NCBI RefSeq assembly: GCF_020745735.1
Contig: NC_083410.1
Location: forward strand, 96,682,080 to 96,746,079
Origin: Hemiscyllium ocellatum
Lineage: Eukaryota
DNA: 64,000 nucleotides
Reading direction: 5' to 3'
Of this stretch, positions 25,158 through 38,392 are shown one piece after another. Below the pieces are notes generated by a model, which was given only the letters and a program-made list of their open reading frames with translations, searched no databases and had not been told where the DNA came from. Each line of letters starts with the position of its first letter. Positions within the stretch are counted from its first letter, which is position 1. Position numbers and translations under genes: made by a program.

Positions 25158-28100
25158 AGAGTCATAGAGATGTATAGCACAGAAACAGACCAACTCGTCC
25201 ATACTGACCAGATATCCTAAATTAATCTAGTCCCATTTGCCAGCATTTGGTCCATATCCCTGTAAATCCTTCTTATCCATATACACTATTCTGGTCTCCC
25301 TGCTAATGGACAGATGTTAAATGCTGTAATTGTACCAGCCTCCACCACTTCCTCCGGCAGTTCATTCCATACAAGCACCACCCTCTGCATGAAAAAGTTG
25401 CCCCTTAGGTCCCTTTTAAATCTTGCCCCTCCCTCACCTTAAATCTACGCTCTCTAGTTCTGGATTCTCCCAATTCAGAGAAAAGAGCTTGTCTATTTAC
25501 CCTATCCATGCCTCTCATGATTTTATAAACCTCTATAATGTCACCCCTCAGCCTCCGATGCTCCAGGCAAAACAGCCCCAGCCTATTCAGCCTCTCCCTG
25601 TAGCTCAAATCCTCCAACCCTGGCAACATCCTTGTAGGTCTTTTCTGAACCCTTTCAAGTTTCACAACATCTTTCCTATAGGAGGAAGACCAGAATTGCA
25701 CACAATATTCCAACAGTGGCCTAACCAATATCCTGTACAGCTGCAACATGACCTCCCAACTCCTGTGCTCAATACTCTGACCAATAAAGGAAAGCATACC
25801 AAAAGCCTTCCTCACTATCCTGTCTACCTGCGACTCCACTTTCAAGGATCTATGAACCTGCACTCTCAGGTCTCTTTATTCAGCAACACTCCCCATAACC
25901 GTACCATTAAGTGTATAAGTCCTTCTCTGATTTCGTTTTCCGAAATTCAGCACCTCACATTTATCTAAATTAGACCCCACCTACCACTCCTCAGCCCATT
26001 AGTCCATCTGATCAAGATCCTGTGTACTCTGAAACAACCTTCTTCACTGTCCACTACACCTCCAATTTTGGTGTCATCAGCAAATTTACGAACTATACCT
26101 CCTATGCTCACCTCCAAATCATTTATGTAAATGACAAAAAGTAGTGGACCCAGCACACTAATCCTTATGGCATGCCACTGGCCTCCAGTCTGAAAAGTAA
26201 CCACCACCACCCTGATTTTCTACCTTAAAGCCAGTTCTGTATCCAAATGGCTAGTTCTCCCTATATTCCATGAGATCTAACCTTGTTAACCAGTCTGCCA
26301 TGAGGAACCTTGTTGAGCAGTTTACTGAAGTCCATATAGAACATGCCCACCACCCTACCCCCATGGGCGGCACGGTGGCACAGTGGTTAGCACTGCTGCC
26401 TCACAGCACCAGACACCCCGGTTCAATTCCCGTCTCAGGCGACTGACTGTGTGGAGTTTGCACGTTCTCCCCGTGTCTGCGTGGGTTTCCTTCGGGTGCT
26501 CCGGTTTCCTCCCACAGTCCAAAGATGTGCGGGTCAGGTGAATTGACCATGCTAAATTGCCTGTAGTGTTAGGTAAGGGGTAAATGTAGGGGTAGGGGTA
26601 GGGGTGGGTTGCACTTCGGCGGGTCGGTGTGGACTTGTTGGGCCGAAGGGCCTGTTTCCACACTGTAAGTAGTCTAATCAATCCTCTTCGTTATTTCTTC
26701 TAGAAACTCCATCAAGTTAGTGAGACACAATTTTCCAAACACAAAGCCATGTTGTCAATCCCTAATCAGTCCTTACCTTTTCAAATGTATGTAAATCCTG
26801 TCCCTCAGGATTCCCTCCAACAACTTGCCCACTACCGATGTCAGGCTCACTGGTCTATAGTTCCCTAGCTTGTCCTTACCACCTTTCTTAAATAGTGGCA
26901 CCAAGTTAGCCAACCTCCAATCTTCTAGCACTTCACCTGTGGCTATCATAATACTAATATCTCAGCAAGGGGCCCAGCAATCACTTCCCTAGCTTCCCAC
27001 AGAGTTCTAGGGTGCACCTGGTCAGGTCCCACTTATTTAGCCACCTTTATGTATTTTAAGATGTTTAGCACCTCCTCCTCCAAGATGTCACTATTTATTT
27101 CCCAATGTTCTCTACTTTCCATATCATTCTCCACAATAAACACTGATGCAAAATACTCATTTAGTATCTCTCCCACTCCTGAGGTTCCACACATAGGTGG
27201 CTTTGCTGATCTTTAAGGGGCCTATTCTCTCCCTTCTGTCCTTATTTGTAAAAACCCTTTGGATTCTCCTTAATCCTGTTTGCTAGAGCTATCTCATGTC
27301 TCCTTTTTGCCCTCCTGATTTCCCCCTTAAGTATACTCCTACTGCCTTTATATTCTCTTAAGGATTCACTCAATCTATCCTGTCCATACCTTACATATGC
27401 TTCTTTCTTTTTCTTAAACAAACCCTCAGTTTCTTTAGTCATCCATCATTCCCCATACCTACCAGTCTTACCTTTCACCTTGACAGGAACATTCCACCTC
27501 TGGACTCTCATTATCTCATTTTGAAGGCTTCCCATTTTCCAGCCATCCATTTATCCACAAACATCTGCCTCCAATCAACTTTTGAATGTGCCTGTCTAAT
27601 ACCGTCATAATTGGCCTTCCCCCAATTTAGAGCTTTAACTTTTAGATCCTGTCTATCCTTTTCCATTGCTATTTGCTGTTATGTTATCCCTAATCAAAAA
27701 CACCACTCCCCCTCCTCTCTTGACCCGTTTCTATCCTTCCTATGTATCCTTGAACATTAAACTGCCAGTCCTGTCCTTCCCTGAGCTATGTCTTTATAAT
27801 TGCTATGATATCCCAGTCCCATGTTCCTAACCATGCCCTGATTCAATTGCCTTCCCTGTTAGGCCTCTTGCATTGAAATAAATGCAGTTTATCAGTCCTG
27901 CCTCATTCTCTGTTTTGTCCCTGTCTGCTCTGACTGTTCACTCACTCCTTTTCACAACTGTATCCGTCTCAGATCGATCTCTTTCCTCACTCTCTCCCTT
28001 GGTCCCACCTTACTAGTTTAAATCTTTCTGAGCAGCTCTAGCAAATCTCCCTGCCAGTATATGAGTTCCCTTCCAATTCAGGTACAATCTATCCTCCTTA

Positions 28101-28670
28101 TGCAGGTCACATTTACCCCAGAAGAGACTCCAATGATCCACAAGTATGAACCCTTCTCCCCTCATCAGCTCCTCAGCCATACATTCATCTGCTCTATCCT
28201 ATTCCTACCCTCACTAGCTCGTAGCACCAGGAGTAATCCAGATATTACTACCCATGAGGACCTCCTTTTTAAATTCCTGTCTAACTTCCTATTTTCTCCA
28301 TTCAGAATCTCAACCTTTTACCTTCCTATGTTGTTGGTTCCAATGTGTACAATGATCTCCTGCCGGTCCCTCTCCCCTTTGAGAACATTCTGCACCCTCT
28401 CCAAGATATCCTTGATCCTGGCACCAGGGAGACAACACACCATTCTGATTTCTCACTGCTGGCCGCAGAAACATCTGTCTGTGCGTCTGACTAGAGAGTC
28501 CCCCATCACAATTGGTCGCTTGGAACGTAACATACCCCTCACTGCGTTAGACCCAGTCTCGGTACCAGTAACCTGGCTGTTTGTGCAACATTCCCCTGAT
28601 AGTCCATCACCCTCTACATTTTCCAAAACAGCATACTTGTTTGAGATGGGGATAGCCACAGGAGACTCAG
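25158..28670 (-). mobile_element. Long decayed CR1/HER1 LINE (ORF1 esterase, partial endonuclease, RT), interrupted by an HE1 SINE
   Basis: ORF 28453-28659 contains GDSLVR (CR1 ORF1 SGNH esterase); 27242-27442 gives KENPKGFYK; 25965-26210 gives FADDTK; 25405-25863 is the RT C-terminus. Confidence 0.9.
26365..26680 (+). mobile_element. HE1-type V-SINE nested in CR1
   Basis: Full consensus match. Confidence 0.92.
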
Positions 28671-28808
28671 AGTTGTGTTCATAGTCTTCAGCTTGTGTAA
28701 AAAAAACCTCACATTTCCACTGAATCTCTTGCCTAGAATTGTAAATGTGTTGCCTAGTCCTTGTACCATCACCAAACTAGCGCTTCCTTATCTACCTTAT
28801 CCACCATC

Positions 28809-28990
28809 TTAAAAATCACACAACACCAGGCTATAGTCCAACAATTTATTTGGAAGCACTAGCTTTCAGAGAGCACTGCTCCTGCTCCAAAAGCTAGCAC
28901 TTCCAAATAAACCTGTTGGAACTATAACCTGGAGTCATGCGATTTTTAACTTTGTCCAACCCAGTCCAACAGCGGCTCCTCCACATCATG
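28809..28990. mobile_element. Fold-back repeat, probably Penelope-derived (third family)
   Basis: ttaaaaatcac...caggctatagtccaaca..tttatttggaag..ctagcttt is inverted as aaagctag..cttccaaataaa..tgttgga.ctataacctgg..gatttttaa. Confidence 0.55.
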
Positions 28991-29618
28991 CTTATCCATA
29001 ATCATAATCTTGTAACATGACTAGCTGATCTCCCCACTAGCTCTTTTACTCGAGGAAAAACAAACCCAGATTTCCCAACCGAACCTTACAAGTCCCTCAT
29101 AGCGAGTTTTGAGAAGATTTGTAGCTCAGTTTGAGGTTCTGGATGTAGGTTTGCTCACTGAGCTGGAAGGTTCATTCTCAGGCTTCACCTGAGGCCCACT
29201 GAAGATATTATCTAGTAGGGTGACAAAACATCTGGAAATGAACTTTCAAGCTCAGCAAGCAAACTTACTCAGTGGTTAGCACTGCTGCCTCACAATGCCA
29301 GGGTCCCAGGTTTGATTCCAGCCTCGGGAGTGTCTGTCTGGACACTCTCCCCGTGTCTGTGTGCATTTCCTCCAGGTGCTCCAGTTTCTTCCCACAGTCA
29401 CACAGATGTGCAGGTCAGAGGAATTGGCTATGCTAAATTGCTCATTGTGTTAGGTGCATGAGTCAGAGGGAAAATGGGTCTGAGTGCGTTACTCTTTGGA
29501 GGGTCAGTCTGGACTGGTTGGGCCAAAGGGCCTGTTTCCACGCTGTAGGGAATCTAATCTAATCTACATCCATGAGTCCTTCATCACTAGAACCATTCTG
29601 GTCAATCTGTTTCCAATG

Positions 29619-30045
29619 GGAAGAAAGTGAGGACTGCAGATGCTGGAGATCAGAGCTGAAAATGTGTTGCTGGAAAAGCGCAGCAGGTCAGGCAGCATCC
29701 AAGGAGCAGGGGAATCGATGTTTCGGGCATAAGTCCTTCTTCAGGAACGAGGGAAGTGTGTCCAGCAGGCTAAGATAAAAGGTAGGGAGGAGGGACTTGG
29801 GGGAGGGGTGTTAGAGATGCGATAGGTGGAAGGAGGTCAACATGAGGGTGATAGGCCAGAGTGGGGTGGGGGCAGAGAGGTCAGGAAGAAGATCTCCCCC
29901 TCCCCCAAGTCCCTCCTCCCTACCTTTTATCTTAGCCTGCTGGACATACTTCCCTCGTTCCTGAAGAAGGACTTATGCCCGAAACGTTGATTCCTCTGCT
30001 CTCTGGATGCTGCCTGATCTGCTGCGCTTTTCCAGCAACACATTT
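29619..30045. mobile_element. Penelope-like terminal repeat in fold-back form with a 17-bp TSD
   Basis: Arms of about 150 bp are inverted; tcaatctgtttccaatg occurs at 29602-29618 and 30046-30062. Confidence 0.8.
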
Positions 30046-31753
30046 TCAATCTGTTTCCAATGTAATGTTGCAAAATTAGTGAGCCTTGGAAAGTCCAACC
30101 TTTAGCACTCTGCAGAATTGTTGACTCAGGTCTCTGCATCATAAATCCTCTGCCTCAAGAGAGGAGGCTGACCACTTGGGCAAAGCTACATTCCTGTAGC
30201 CATTCAATCAGATTTTCATAGAGTGAGCGAGGGCACGCAATGCCACTACAGCATAAACTCAACTCTCAGATAGTTTGTTTGGACAGAAAACTTATCAGCT
30301 ATTGATCAAAAGACAGACAGCACATGAGATAAGAACAAATTGACAGTGCAATCACTTGTAAGAGGACAGGACTGGTGGTTTATTGACAGCAAATAAACTA
30401 GAGTGTTTGCCTGCTGGTGAATGTTTGTGTAGAGGCTTATCGATAGCTTCCAGATTGCTGGAAGCAATACTTTAGCCTCAATAAACGAGGGTAAAAAAAA
30501 GGAAGCATCTGGCCTAGGTTCTTGTATGCTGAAGTGAAAATTACTTCCAACAAGGAGGCAGAGGTTAGAATTGGAGAATCATAGAATGAATGAAGTGCAG
30601 AGGGATCTGGTTCAGCCTGTTGTGGCCCTTTATAAGAGCAATTCAGCTAGTTCCACTCTTGTTCCTTACAAATATTTTCTCTTCAATGGCTTATCCAATT
30701 CCCTTTTCAGAATGAATGTTGAATCTTTAAGGACACACATCCCAATCTAACACACCAACCACATTTACAGAAATATCCCTTTGGGGTCTTGTACCTGTTT
30801 TAAGCCTGTGTCCTCCAGCTCTCAACCCTTCCATAAATCGAACTAAATTTTCTCTATCTGCCCTTCTAGAATGCCCCCTCTCCCCAACAAAGTCTAGGCA
30901 TTTATGTTTATCAAGGAAGCCAGCAGTCTACAGAATCCCTGGAAAAACTCTTAAATCTCTCAACCTTTTCTTCAAGAGCGCAACCATTATCATCTTCAAT
31001 TTATCCAGAGTCCTGGAACGGTTTTCATCAATTTTCTCTGCACAATCTTTAAAACCTTCTGCATCCTTCCCAATGTGTTATTCCCAGAATTGTGCACAGT
31101 AAAGTTGTTTTATAAACCTACAGCATCACCTTTTCCAAAATAGTCACTTTTTATAAAGTCCAGTCTTATATATCTATTCAGCTACTTTTGCTCTTGCCAC
31201 CCCCTTTTAGAAGTATATGCTTTATATTGCCCCTCCATGTTCTTCCCATGAAGGTTAGATCTGATTTGTCATACATCTGCCTATTCCACCAACCCCTATC
31301 TCCTTTGAAATGTTCACTACCTTTCTCATAGCTTGCTTTAGTTCAAAGTTCTGTGCCATCATCAAATGTTGAATAAATGTCCTATTTACCCAACTCTGAG
31401 TATTTAGTTTTATCAAGAAAGTCAGCAATCCCCATAACCCTTTGAAAATATAATATGTCCTCCTCCATAAATCATATTATAGTTTTCATTATTTTAAAAT
31501 GTATCATTTAATAATTGTTAATATTTCTCAATGCCCGTCCATATTATAATTTGAAGAAACTTTTTAAACTCATTCCATCGATAGTAGCTTAAAGAATAAA
31601 TGATATCATTTGGATGAGTGTGTGATTAGGAAGGGTTTGGAGGGATATGGGCCGGATGCTGGCAGATGGGACTAGATTGGGTCGGGATATCTGTTCGGCA
31701 TGTTCAGGTTGGACCGAAGCTGTACATCTCTAACTCTTTGCACTGGATTTATA

Positions 31754-31948
31754 GTAAAAAATGAGGTCTGCAGATGCTGGAGATCACAGCTGAAAATGTG
31801 TTGCTGGTTAAAGCACAGCAGGTTAGGCAGCATCTCAGGAATAGGGAATTCGACGTCCTGATGAAGGGCTTATGCTCGAAACGTCGAATTCCCTATTCCT
31901 GAGATGCTGCCTAACCTGCTGTGCTTTAACCAGCAACACATTTTCAGC
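31754..31948. mobile_element. Penelope-like fold-back mini-insertion with a hammerhead core in the loop and a 14-bp TSD
   Basis: Perfect 68-bp arms at 31789-31856 and 31881-31948; gcactggatttata at 31740-31753 and 31947-31960. Confidence 0.85.
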
Positions 31949-32334
31949 ACTGGATTTATACACTAATTTAATACTGTTACAACATTTAAAAGACATTTGA
32001 ACAGGTTTATGAAGAGGAAAGGTTTAGAAGGATATGGGCCAATCATAGGCAAGTACAGCTAATTCAGTTTGGGGAAACTAGGGGTTGAAGTACAATAGAT
32101 CTGCCGTACCCATGGGAGACAAGTTCCAAGGCCTAGCGTGGAAGCCCAAAACAATGGATAGGAGCAAACCCGATCATTTAGATGGGAAATTTACCTTCTC
32201 AGCAGTCCCCTGGTCCTGCAATGTTCCCTGTAATGTGCTTGGGCCACAGTAAACAGCGGGTAACTGAAACACTGGTAACAGGACCCATGGATATAGGGAT
32301 CACCTTGTACATAATTCTTTAAAGCTTGCATCAT

Positions 32335-32995
32335 AGATAGAGTGGCCTGAACTTTTGAGTATAGAAGTTGCGATGTTATGTTGAGGTTGTACAAGATGTT
32401 GGCAAGACCTCTTCTGAAACACTCCTCTATTATAGGAAAGATATTAGTAAGCTGGAGAGGGTTCAGAAGAGATTTGTCAGGAAGGGAGGGTTTGAGTTAT
32501 AAGAATTTGGATGGGCTGGGACATTTTTCTCTGCAATAGAGGAGGATGAGGGGTAACATTAGAGGGGTTTGTAAAATCATGGGCCGTACAGATAAGGTGA
32601 ATGGTAACTGTGTTTCCCCAAGGTGGGAGAAAGCGAGAACTGCACTTGCTGGAGATCAGAGTCGAGAGCATGGTGCTGGAGACTAGATGCCAAATTTTTG
32701 AGGTGAGAGAAAATGGATTTTAAAAAGAGACTGGGTGTTTATTTTTAATGCAGAATAGCGAGTGTGTGGAATGATTGTTCAGAGGAAGTGGTGGATGTGG
32801 GTACAGTTACAATGCTTAAAAGACACTTGGATAAATACAACAAGAAATGTTTGGAGGGCTATGGGACAAGTGTATGCAGGTGGGACTAGTTTAGTTTGGG
32901 ATTATGATTGACATGGGCTGGTGAACGGGTTTGTTTCCGTGCTGTATGACAGACAAGTTGGACTGAAGTGTCTGTTTCTATACTGTATGACTCTC
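32335..32995 (+). mobile_element. Decayed CR1 3' fragment
   Basis: gagagggttcagaagagattt motif and a CR1-type tail (ctgtatgactct). Confidence 0.75.
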
Positions 32996-33452
32996 TAACC
33001 ATTTGTCACTCCTCTCTCAACTCCTAGCATTCTCCTACTGCCACGTTTAATTGTCTAAGTGATGTTCAACAGATCCAACATGCTGATGGCAAGCTGAGAA
33101 CGAACTGAAGAGTGCTGCTGAATGTTTGGCTGACTTCACATTTCACCCTTTAGATTAGCTACCTGTTGCTTGTATATAGCAACTGTTTACAAAACCAAGC
33201 AAGTTTTTGACTGATGCTGACAGCTTATAGCCCCAGATGCAAATTCAAGCCGTAATGCTTCATGTCAAGTGCAGTCAACAAGAAAATGTAACCTTAATGC
33301 TTTTGCATGTGGAAAATGAACAGGGAGCTTGTGCCTACAAGGCAAAATGAAACATTGCCACTGTCAATTCAATGTCAGATGTCTAGATTGGCCTAACAAG
33401 CTCAGAAATAAAGCATTCTGGAAAGAGACAGGCGTGTGATAAATCACTTTCT

Positions 33453-33458
33453 TTTAAT
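33453..33458 (-). terminator. Probable COX7A polyadenylation signal (ATTAAA)
   Basis: ATTAAA on the minus strand about 150 nt after the stop codon. Confidence 0.5.
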
Positions 33459-33604
33459 TATGTATGCTTCATCATCAAATAAAGACTGTTCCCATAAGCA
33501 GTGAACAGACACTTGTAAAATAAGGTCCCTGATAAGTTACAGTTTAACATTCAGACAGGGCTGTGGAGTGAAACAAAGCCTTCCAACCTGGCTGCAGGCC
33601 GATG

Positions 33605-33660
33605 TTACTTCTTCTTGGGTAGGGCAATGTCAAAGAGCTCGTACATAACATAGACTGTAC
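33605..33660 (-). CDS. COX7A2: COX7A coding exon 4 (last, includes stop)
   Basis: ttttcctcatttccag|GT ACA GTC ... AAG AAG AAG TAA = (G)TVYVMYELFDIALPKKK*. Phase agrees with exon 3. Full protein is 84 aa. Confidence 0.93.
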
Positions 33661-35100
33661 CTGGAAATGAGGAAAAGAGATTTCTGTAATTATAGTCAAA
33701 CATTTAAAGAAAGAAAATCAGCAATACCATGGGTTTTCCAGAGAGAATTATTGACAAGTCAATTTACCAAGTGCGTGTAAAGTTTTTTCCGGTTTCTGCT
33801 TTCATGTTAGCAATTCCTGACATTTCTCTTATTTTGTAAACCCCAGTTCTCAATTATTTTATCAAACTGCACCATTGGTCTCAAAGCACTACCAGTCCCG
33901 AGTTCACAAGAATAGCCTAGAGGATAGACCCTCTCGACCCGAACTTACCTTGTTGCTGAACCATCATACACAAACTGATCTCACTGGTTGGGGCTACAAC
34001 GCAGAATGTGTTGAAATGCCTAGCATGAATAAGTCCCACCCTCACAACTACCATCAAAATTTCACAGTGCGATCTCCAATGAACTGCTTGCTTCATTTTA
34101 TCCTCTTTCCTGACACTAGTTTCAGAAGCATTTTTGAAAAATTTGAGCGTCTGCCCAGGTTCAAGCCTCCAGCTGCACAGGAAAAGGAGCAGACATCGTG
34201 TGTGCACTGTGAACAAACCCTGGTTAGTAGGGACCAGAATCTTTAGCTCCTTCTGTGCTTTAGGAATGGCACATTGGCTCAGCGGTTAGCACTACTGCTT
34301 CACAGAATAACGTCTGATACCACCCTCAGGTGACTGTGTGGAGTTTACACATTCTCTGTGTCTCTGAGTGAATTGCCTCCAGGTCCTCTGATTTCCTCCC
34401 AGTCCAAAGATGTGCAGGTTAGGTGGATTGGCCATACCAAACTGCCCAAGGATGTACAAGCGAGGTAGATAAGCCTTGAGAAATGCAGGGGGATGGGGTA
34501 GAAGTGCTTTCAGAAGGTCAGCATGGACTCATTGGGATGAGTGGCCTGCTTCCATATGACCAGGATTCTATGATTTTACTTTGCAGTGGCTGAGCTACAC
34601 ATTAAGTGTATCCATTTCTGTTCAAAGATGCATTTCAGTCAACAAGTTAAATTCTCTCTCTTCACAAGTGCAACCCCTCACAAAGCTGACTCAAGGAGGC
34701 CACAGAACTCTAGTTATTCTTCATGGTTCAACCTACAAACTAGAAGTGGGTTGATAATTTGGCAGGGGCACGTTCACAGCCCATACCCATTGCAGCTCCG
34801 ACATAACACCCAAGTCACTTCTCCTGTTTCCACACTGTAGGGATTCTATGATTCTAAGTCTATACATTTACTCTGTTTCATAACCAGTTTTCTATCCTTA
34901 TATTCCCTGGTCTGGGTGGGTTACTCTTCAGAGGGTTGGTGTGGACTTGTTGTGCTGATGGGCCTGTTTCCACATCATAGGGATTCTATGATTCGAAGTC
35001 TAAGTGACAACACCTAGATGAGTCACTGTACAGGGACTCAATGACTTTACCTACATGCATAAAGATCAGGTTTCAAAAAGCAGTACCAAGTAAGTCTTAC

Positions 35101-35185
35101 CCACAACAGTGAGACCCATGGTTAGCCTGTACAGCACAGCATCCATCACACCACCTTTTAGATGGACTGGCAACCCATTGTCCGC
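35101..35185 (-). CDS. COX7A2: COX7A coding exon 3
   Basis: tttgtttcag|85 nt|gtaaga encodes [28 protein letters not shown]+G, the hallmark COX7A LKGG..D..LYR.TM motif. Confidence 0.95.
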
Positions 35186-35741
35186 CTGAAACAAACAGAT
35201 GAATCAATAGGAGTCAATTGTAGCATTGTTGCACCAACATTAGGAAAGCAGCTAATGAGCCAAACCTAGAGATGCTGTTGAGGCTAACACAAATTCTTCT
35301 CACACTGGTTACATTGAAGGGCAGGAAATTCACAGATCCAGAGAGATTAAGGCAAAGAGCTACTTTCACATCTTTGGAAGATGAGACTGCCAGCCCATTG
35401 TGCAAAGTGGAACCTGCAGGAGCAGAATGTGGGGCAAGGAAGGAACTAAATTGGGTACATATTCAGAGATAGCAAGTTTGCTGGTGGAGAAAAGGCTTGT
35501 GAGCACCAGCTTCAACTCCAGTCTCCAGACTGTCAGTCCTTCTAAATCACACGGTTTCTTCTGTCTGACATACATTTCTGGGTGTACAAGTCAATCAAGA
35601 GCCAACTTATATTTTCAAAGGTCACGGCTACAGAGCACAGATTCCAGGGCTATATTACAGCTGAGACTGTCAGTGAGATAACACAACTAATGAAGGTCAC
35701 AGTGTACAGAAAGCTAGATTTAAAGCCTATCCCAATCTGGT

Positions 35742-36516
35742 GGGCGGCACGGTGGCTAGCACTGCTGCCTCACAGCGCCCGAGACCCGGGTTCAATTCCC
35801 GACTCAGGCGACTGACTGTGTGGAGTTTGCACGTTCTCCCCGTGTCTGCGTGGGTTTCCTCCGGGTGCTCCGGTTTCCTCCCACTGTCCAAAGATGTGCG
35901 GGTCAGGTGAATTGGCCATGCTAAATTGCCCGTAGTGTTAGGTAAGGGGTAAATGTAGGGGTATGGGTGGGTTGCGCTTTGGCGGGTCGGTGTGGACTTG
36001 TTGGGCCGAAGGGCCTGTTTCCACACTAAGTATAATCTAAAAAAAATCTAATCTAATCTATATTGCTACACTGAGACTAACAAGGCCACATCCCACTCTG
36101 CTGTGCTACTGGGATCCAGCCAGTAGGTGGCAAGGGAAGCACTCCATTACCATTCCCCAGCAAAAGTACAAGTGTTCCAAGTACAAGTGGTCTGAATCCT
36201 CTGTTCTGTCAGAAATCCTATATCCTATAGTGGGTGGCACAGTGGTTAGCACTACTGCCTCACAGCGCCAGAGATCCGGGTTTAATTCCCACCTCAGGCG
36301 ACTGACTGTGTGGAATTTGCACATTCTCCCTGTGTCTGTTTGGGTTTCCTCCGGGTGCTCCGGTTTCCTCCCACTGTCCAAAAATGTGCAAGTTGCCCGT
36401 AGTATTAGGTGAAGGGGTAAATGTGGGGGAATGGGTCCGGGTGGGTTGCGCTTTGACGGGTCGGTGTGGACTTGTTGGGCCGAAGGGCCTGTTTCCACAC
36501 TAAGTAATCTAATCTA
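35742..36516 (+). mobile_element. Two adjacent HE1-type V-SINEs (35742-36060 and 36231-36516) in COX7A intron 2
   Basis: Consensus heads and (atcta)n tails. Confidence 0.9.
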
Positions 36517-36703
36517 AAAGGAGATATCTAACCCAGATCAGACTAAAAAGCACTCACTTTGATTCACTTTTAGGCCTTCCCAGTTAACAGTGTAAACAAG
36601 TTTCGCAATCCTCATAGGTAACACCGGAGTGGGTAGACTCTGAAACCAAGTACCCCTTTTCTGTGTTCAGTGCTATGCGCTATTGGTTAAAAAGCCCTTA
36701 TGG

Positions 36704-38392
36704 GAGATCCAAGATGGCGGCGACTCAGCAAGTCTGAGTTTACAGTGCTCTTCCCAAAACCTGGGTAAAGTGAGTTACTCACCCCCACCACACTTACCAA
36801 ACCACCCAAAAAATTTTCTAACCTTAATTAGCTGCTTACTATTATATTTAAGCAGTTTAATATTAAGTGGATAATGAGTAAACCAAAGGGATCCCGCAGC
36901 TCTCAGAAAACAAAGACCCCTCCCCCACCCTCCTCTCCTCCTCTGGCTGCAGCTGATGTAAAAACAGGCCTTGAAGAGATGATTGCCAGGCTGGAAACGA
37001 CACTCGTCAATTTCATTGCAGAATCCAGACAGAGATGGAATGCATTCGAAGAAAAGTTACAAAAGCACAGCCAGGCTCTCGAGGAATTACAGGGCCGAGT
37101 GGAGGGGGCGGAGCTAAAGGCCACGACCTCCGAGGCTGCAGCACAAACAGCTGCAGAACAGGTGCGAGCTCTGGAGCAGAGAGTCCGGGCCTTTGAAATC
37201 TACATGGATGACCTGGATAATAGAAATCGGAGAAAGAATATCCGAACAAGAAGAGAAGGGACAGTTAGCAGTATTTCTGGAGCGATGGCTGCCCCAGCTT
37301 TTAAACCTGGGGGCTGAAACTGACCGGGTAAGGGTGGAGTGGGCCTACCGGGTCGCAGTACGCGGATCTGGCCCAAACCAGCGCCCACGCCCGGTCCTGT
37401 TCCGGCTGCAGAGTTATAGGGAGAGGCAGATACTCCTGGATGCCTCCAGAAATCTTGGAAAGGATCCTAAAGCCATGATCCATGAAGGATCCAAGATTAT
37501 GTTATTTCAGGACTTCTCCCCGGCTCTGGCACGAAGGAGGAAGGCGTTTGATGAGGTGAAGAAATGTCTAAGGAACTTAAATATTCAATACACCTTACGC
37601 TACCCAGCGACGTTATGCTTTAACCATGAAGGATCCGAGTATAATTTTAGATCACCAGAAGAGGCTAAGGAACTTTTAGACTCGTTTAAATAAATCGTAA
37701 GAGACAATTTATGTTGGCTTGCCTCTTCCACACTCCGTGGGGAGAAGTGGATACTTTACTCTACTTTACTTTTGCTTCTGGGAGCAGGGTTGTCTTCCCT
37801 TGCTATTTTATGTTATTATACTTAACTGTAATCTGTTGGAGTTGTAATTTTATAGTTATGTGTGTTTGTACGTGGCATTGATGCTATCAGATATACTCAG
37901 GTATGGGTGGGGAGGGGTGGGGGTGGGGCGCTCACTGTTAACTCTAGCTTGGTATTATATCTAAATCCTATTAAGGAGCGCCCGGGTCAAGGGTGGGACA
38001 CTGTTTGGGAGAGGATATGGTGGACCTTTAGAAAGGAAGTAAGGCCCCCTGAGAACAAGGGGGAGGATCTCCATTCAAACATGTTTTATTTTTTTTGTTC
38101 TTATTGTTTGGAAATAGTTTCCTTTTTATTATACTGTTATGAGTGTATTAGAGAACATTTTCTCTTGTTTGAAGGATGTAAGTGACTCAACTAGACACTC
38201 TGGATAATTGTGGATTAGATTAGTAGTTAACTGAGTTTCATTGTTTTTCTTTCTTCTTTAGTATCATTCCTTTGAATTTTGATGATTATATATTTAAGAT
38301 CTATTTTTATATTAATGTTTGTGCTTGAAAGTTCTGTTTATTTTTGTAAATCTGTCAAAATATTAAATTTCTAATAAAAATATCTTTTAAAA
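36704..38392 (+). mobile_element. L1-clade element carrying only ORF1 (HAL1-like), with a 15-bp TSD
   Basis: 5' YY1-type caagatggcgg. ORF1 (36874-37693) has a coiled coil, NRNRRKNIR, FQDFS and YPATL, with a frameshift near 37245. AATAAA at 38373 then an A tail. aaaaagcccttatgg at 36689-36703 and 38393-38407. Confidence 0.88.

Noticed and set aside
12539-36498. Recurrent ORFs of the WKQALRPNKSTPTRRSATHP...CGRKPEHPEETH type
   Set aside because: Antisense translations of HE1 SINE copies, not a gene family.
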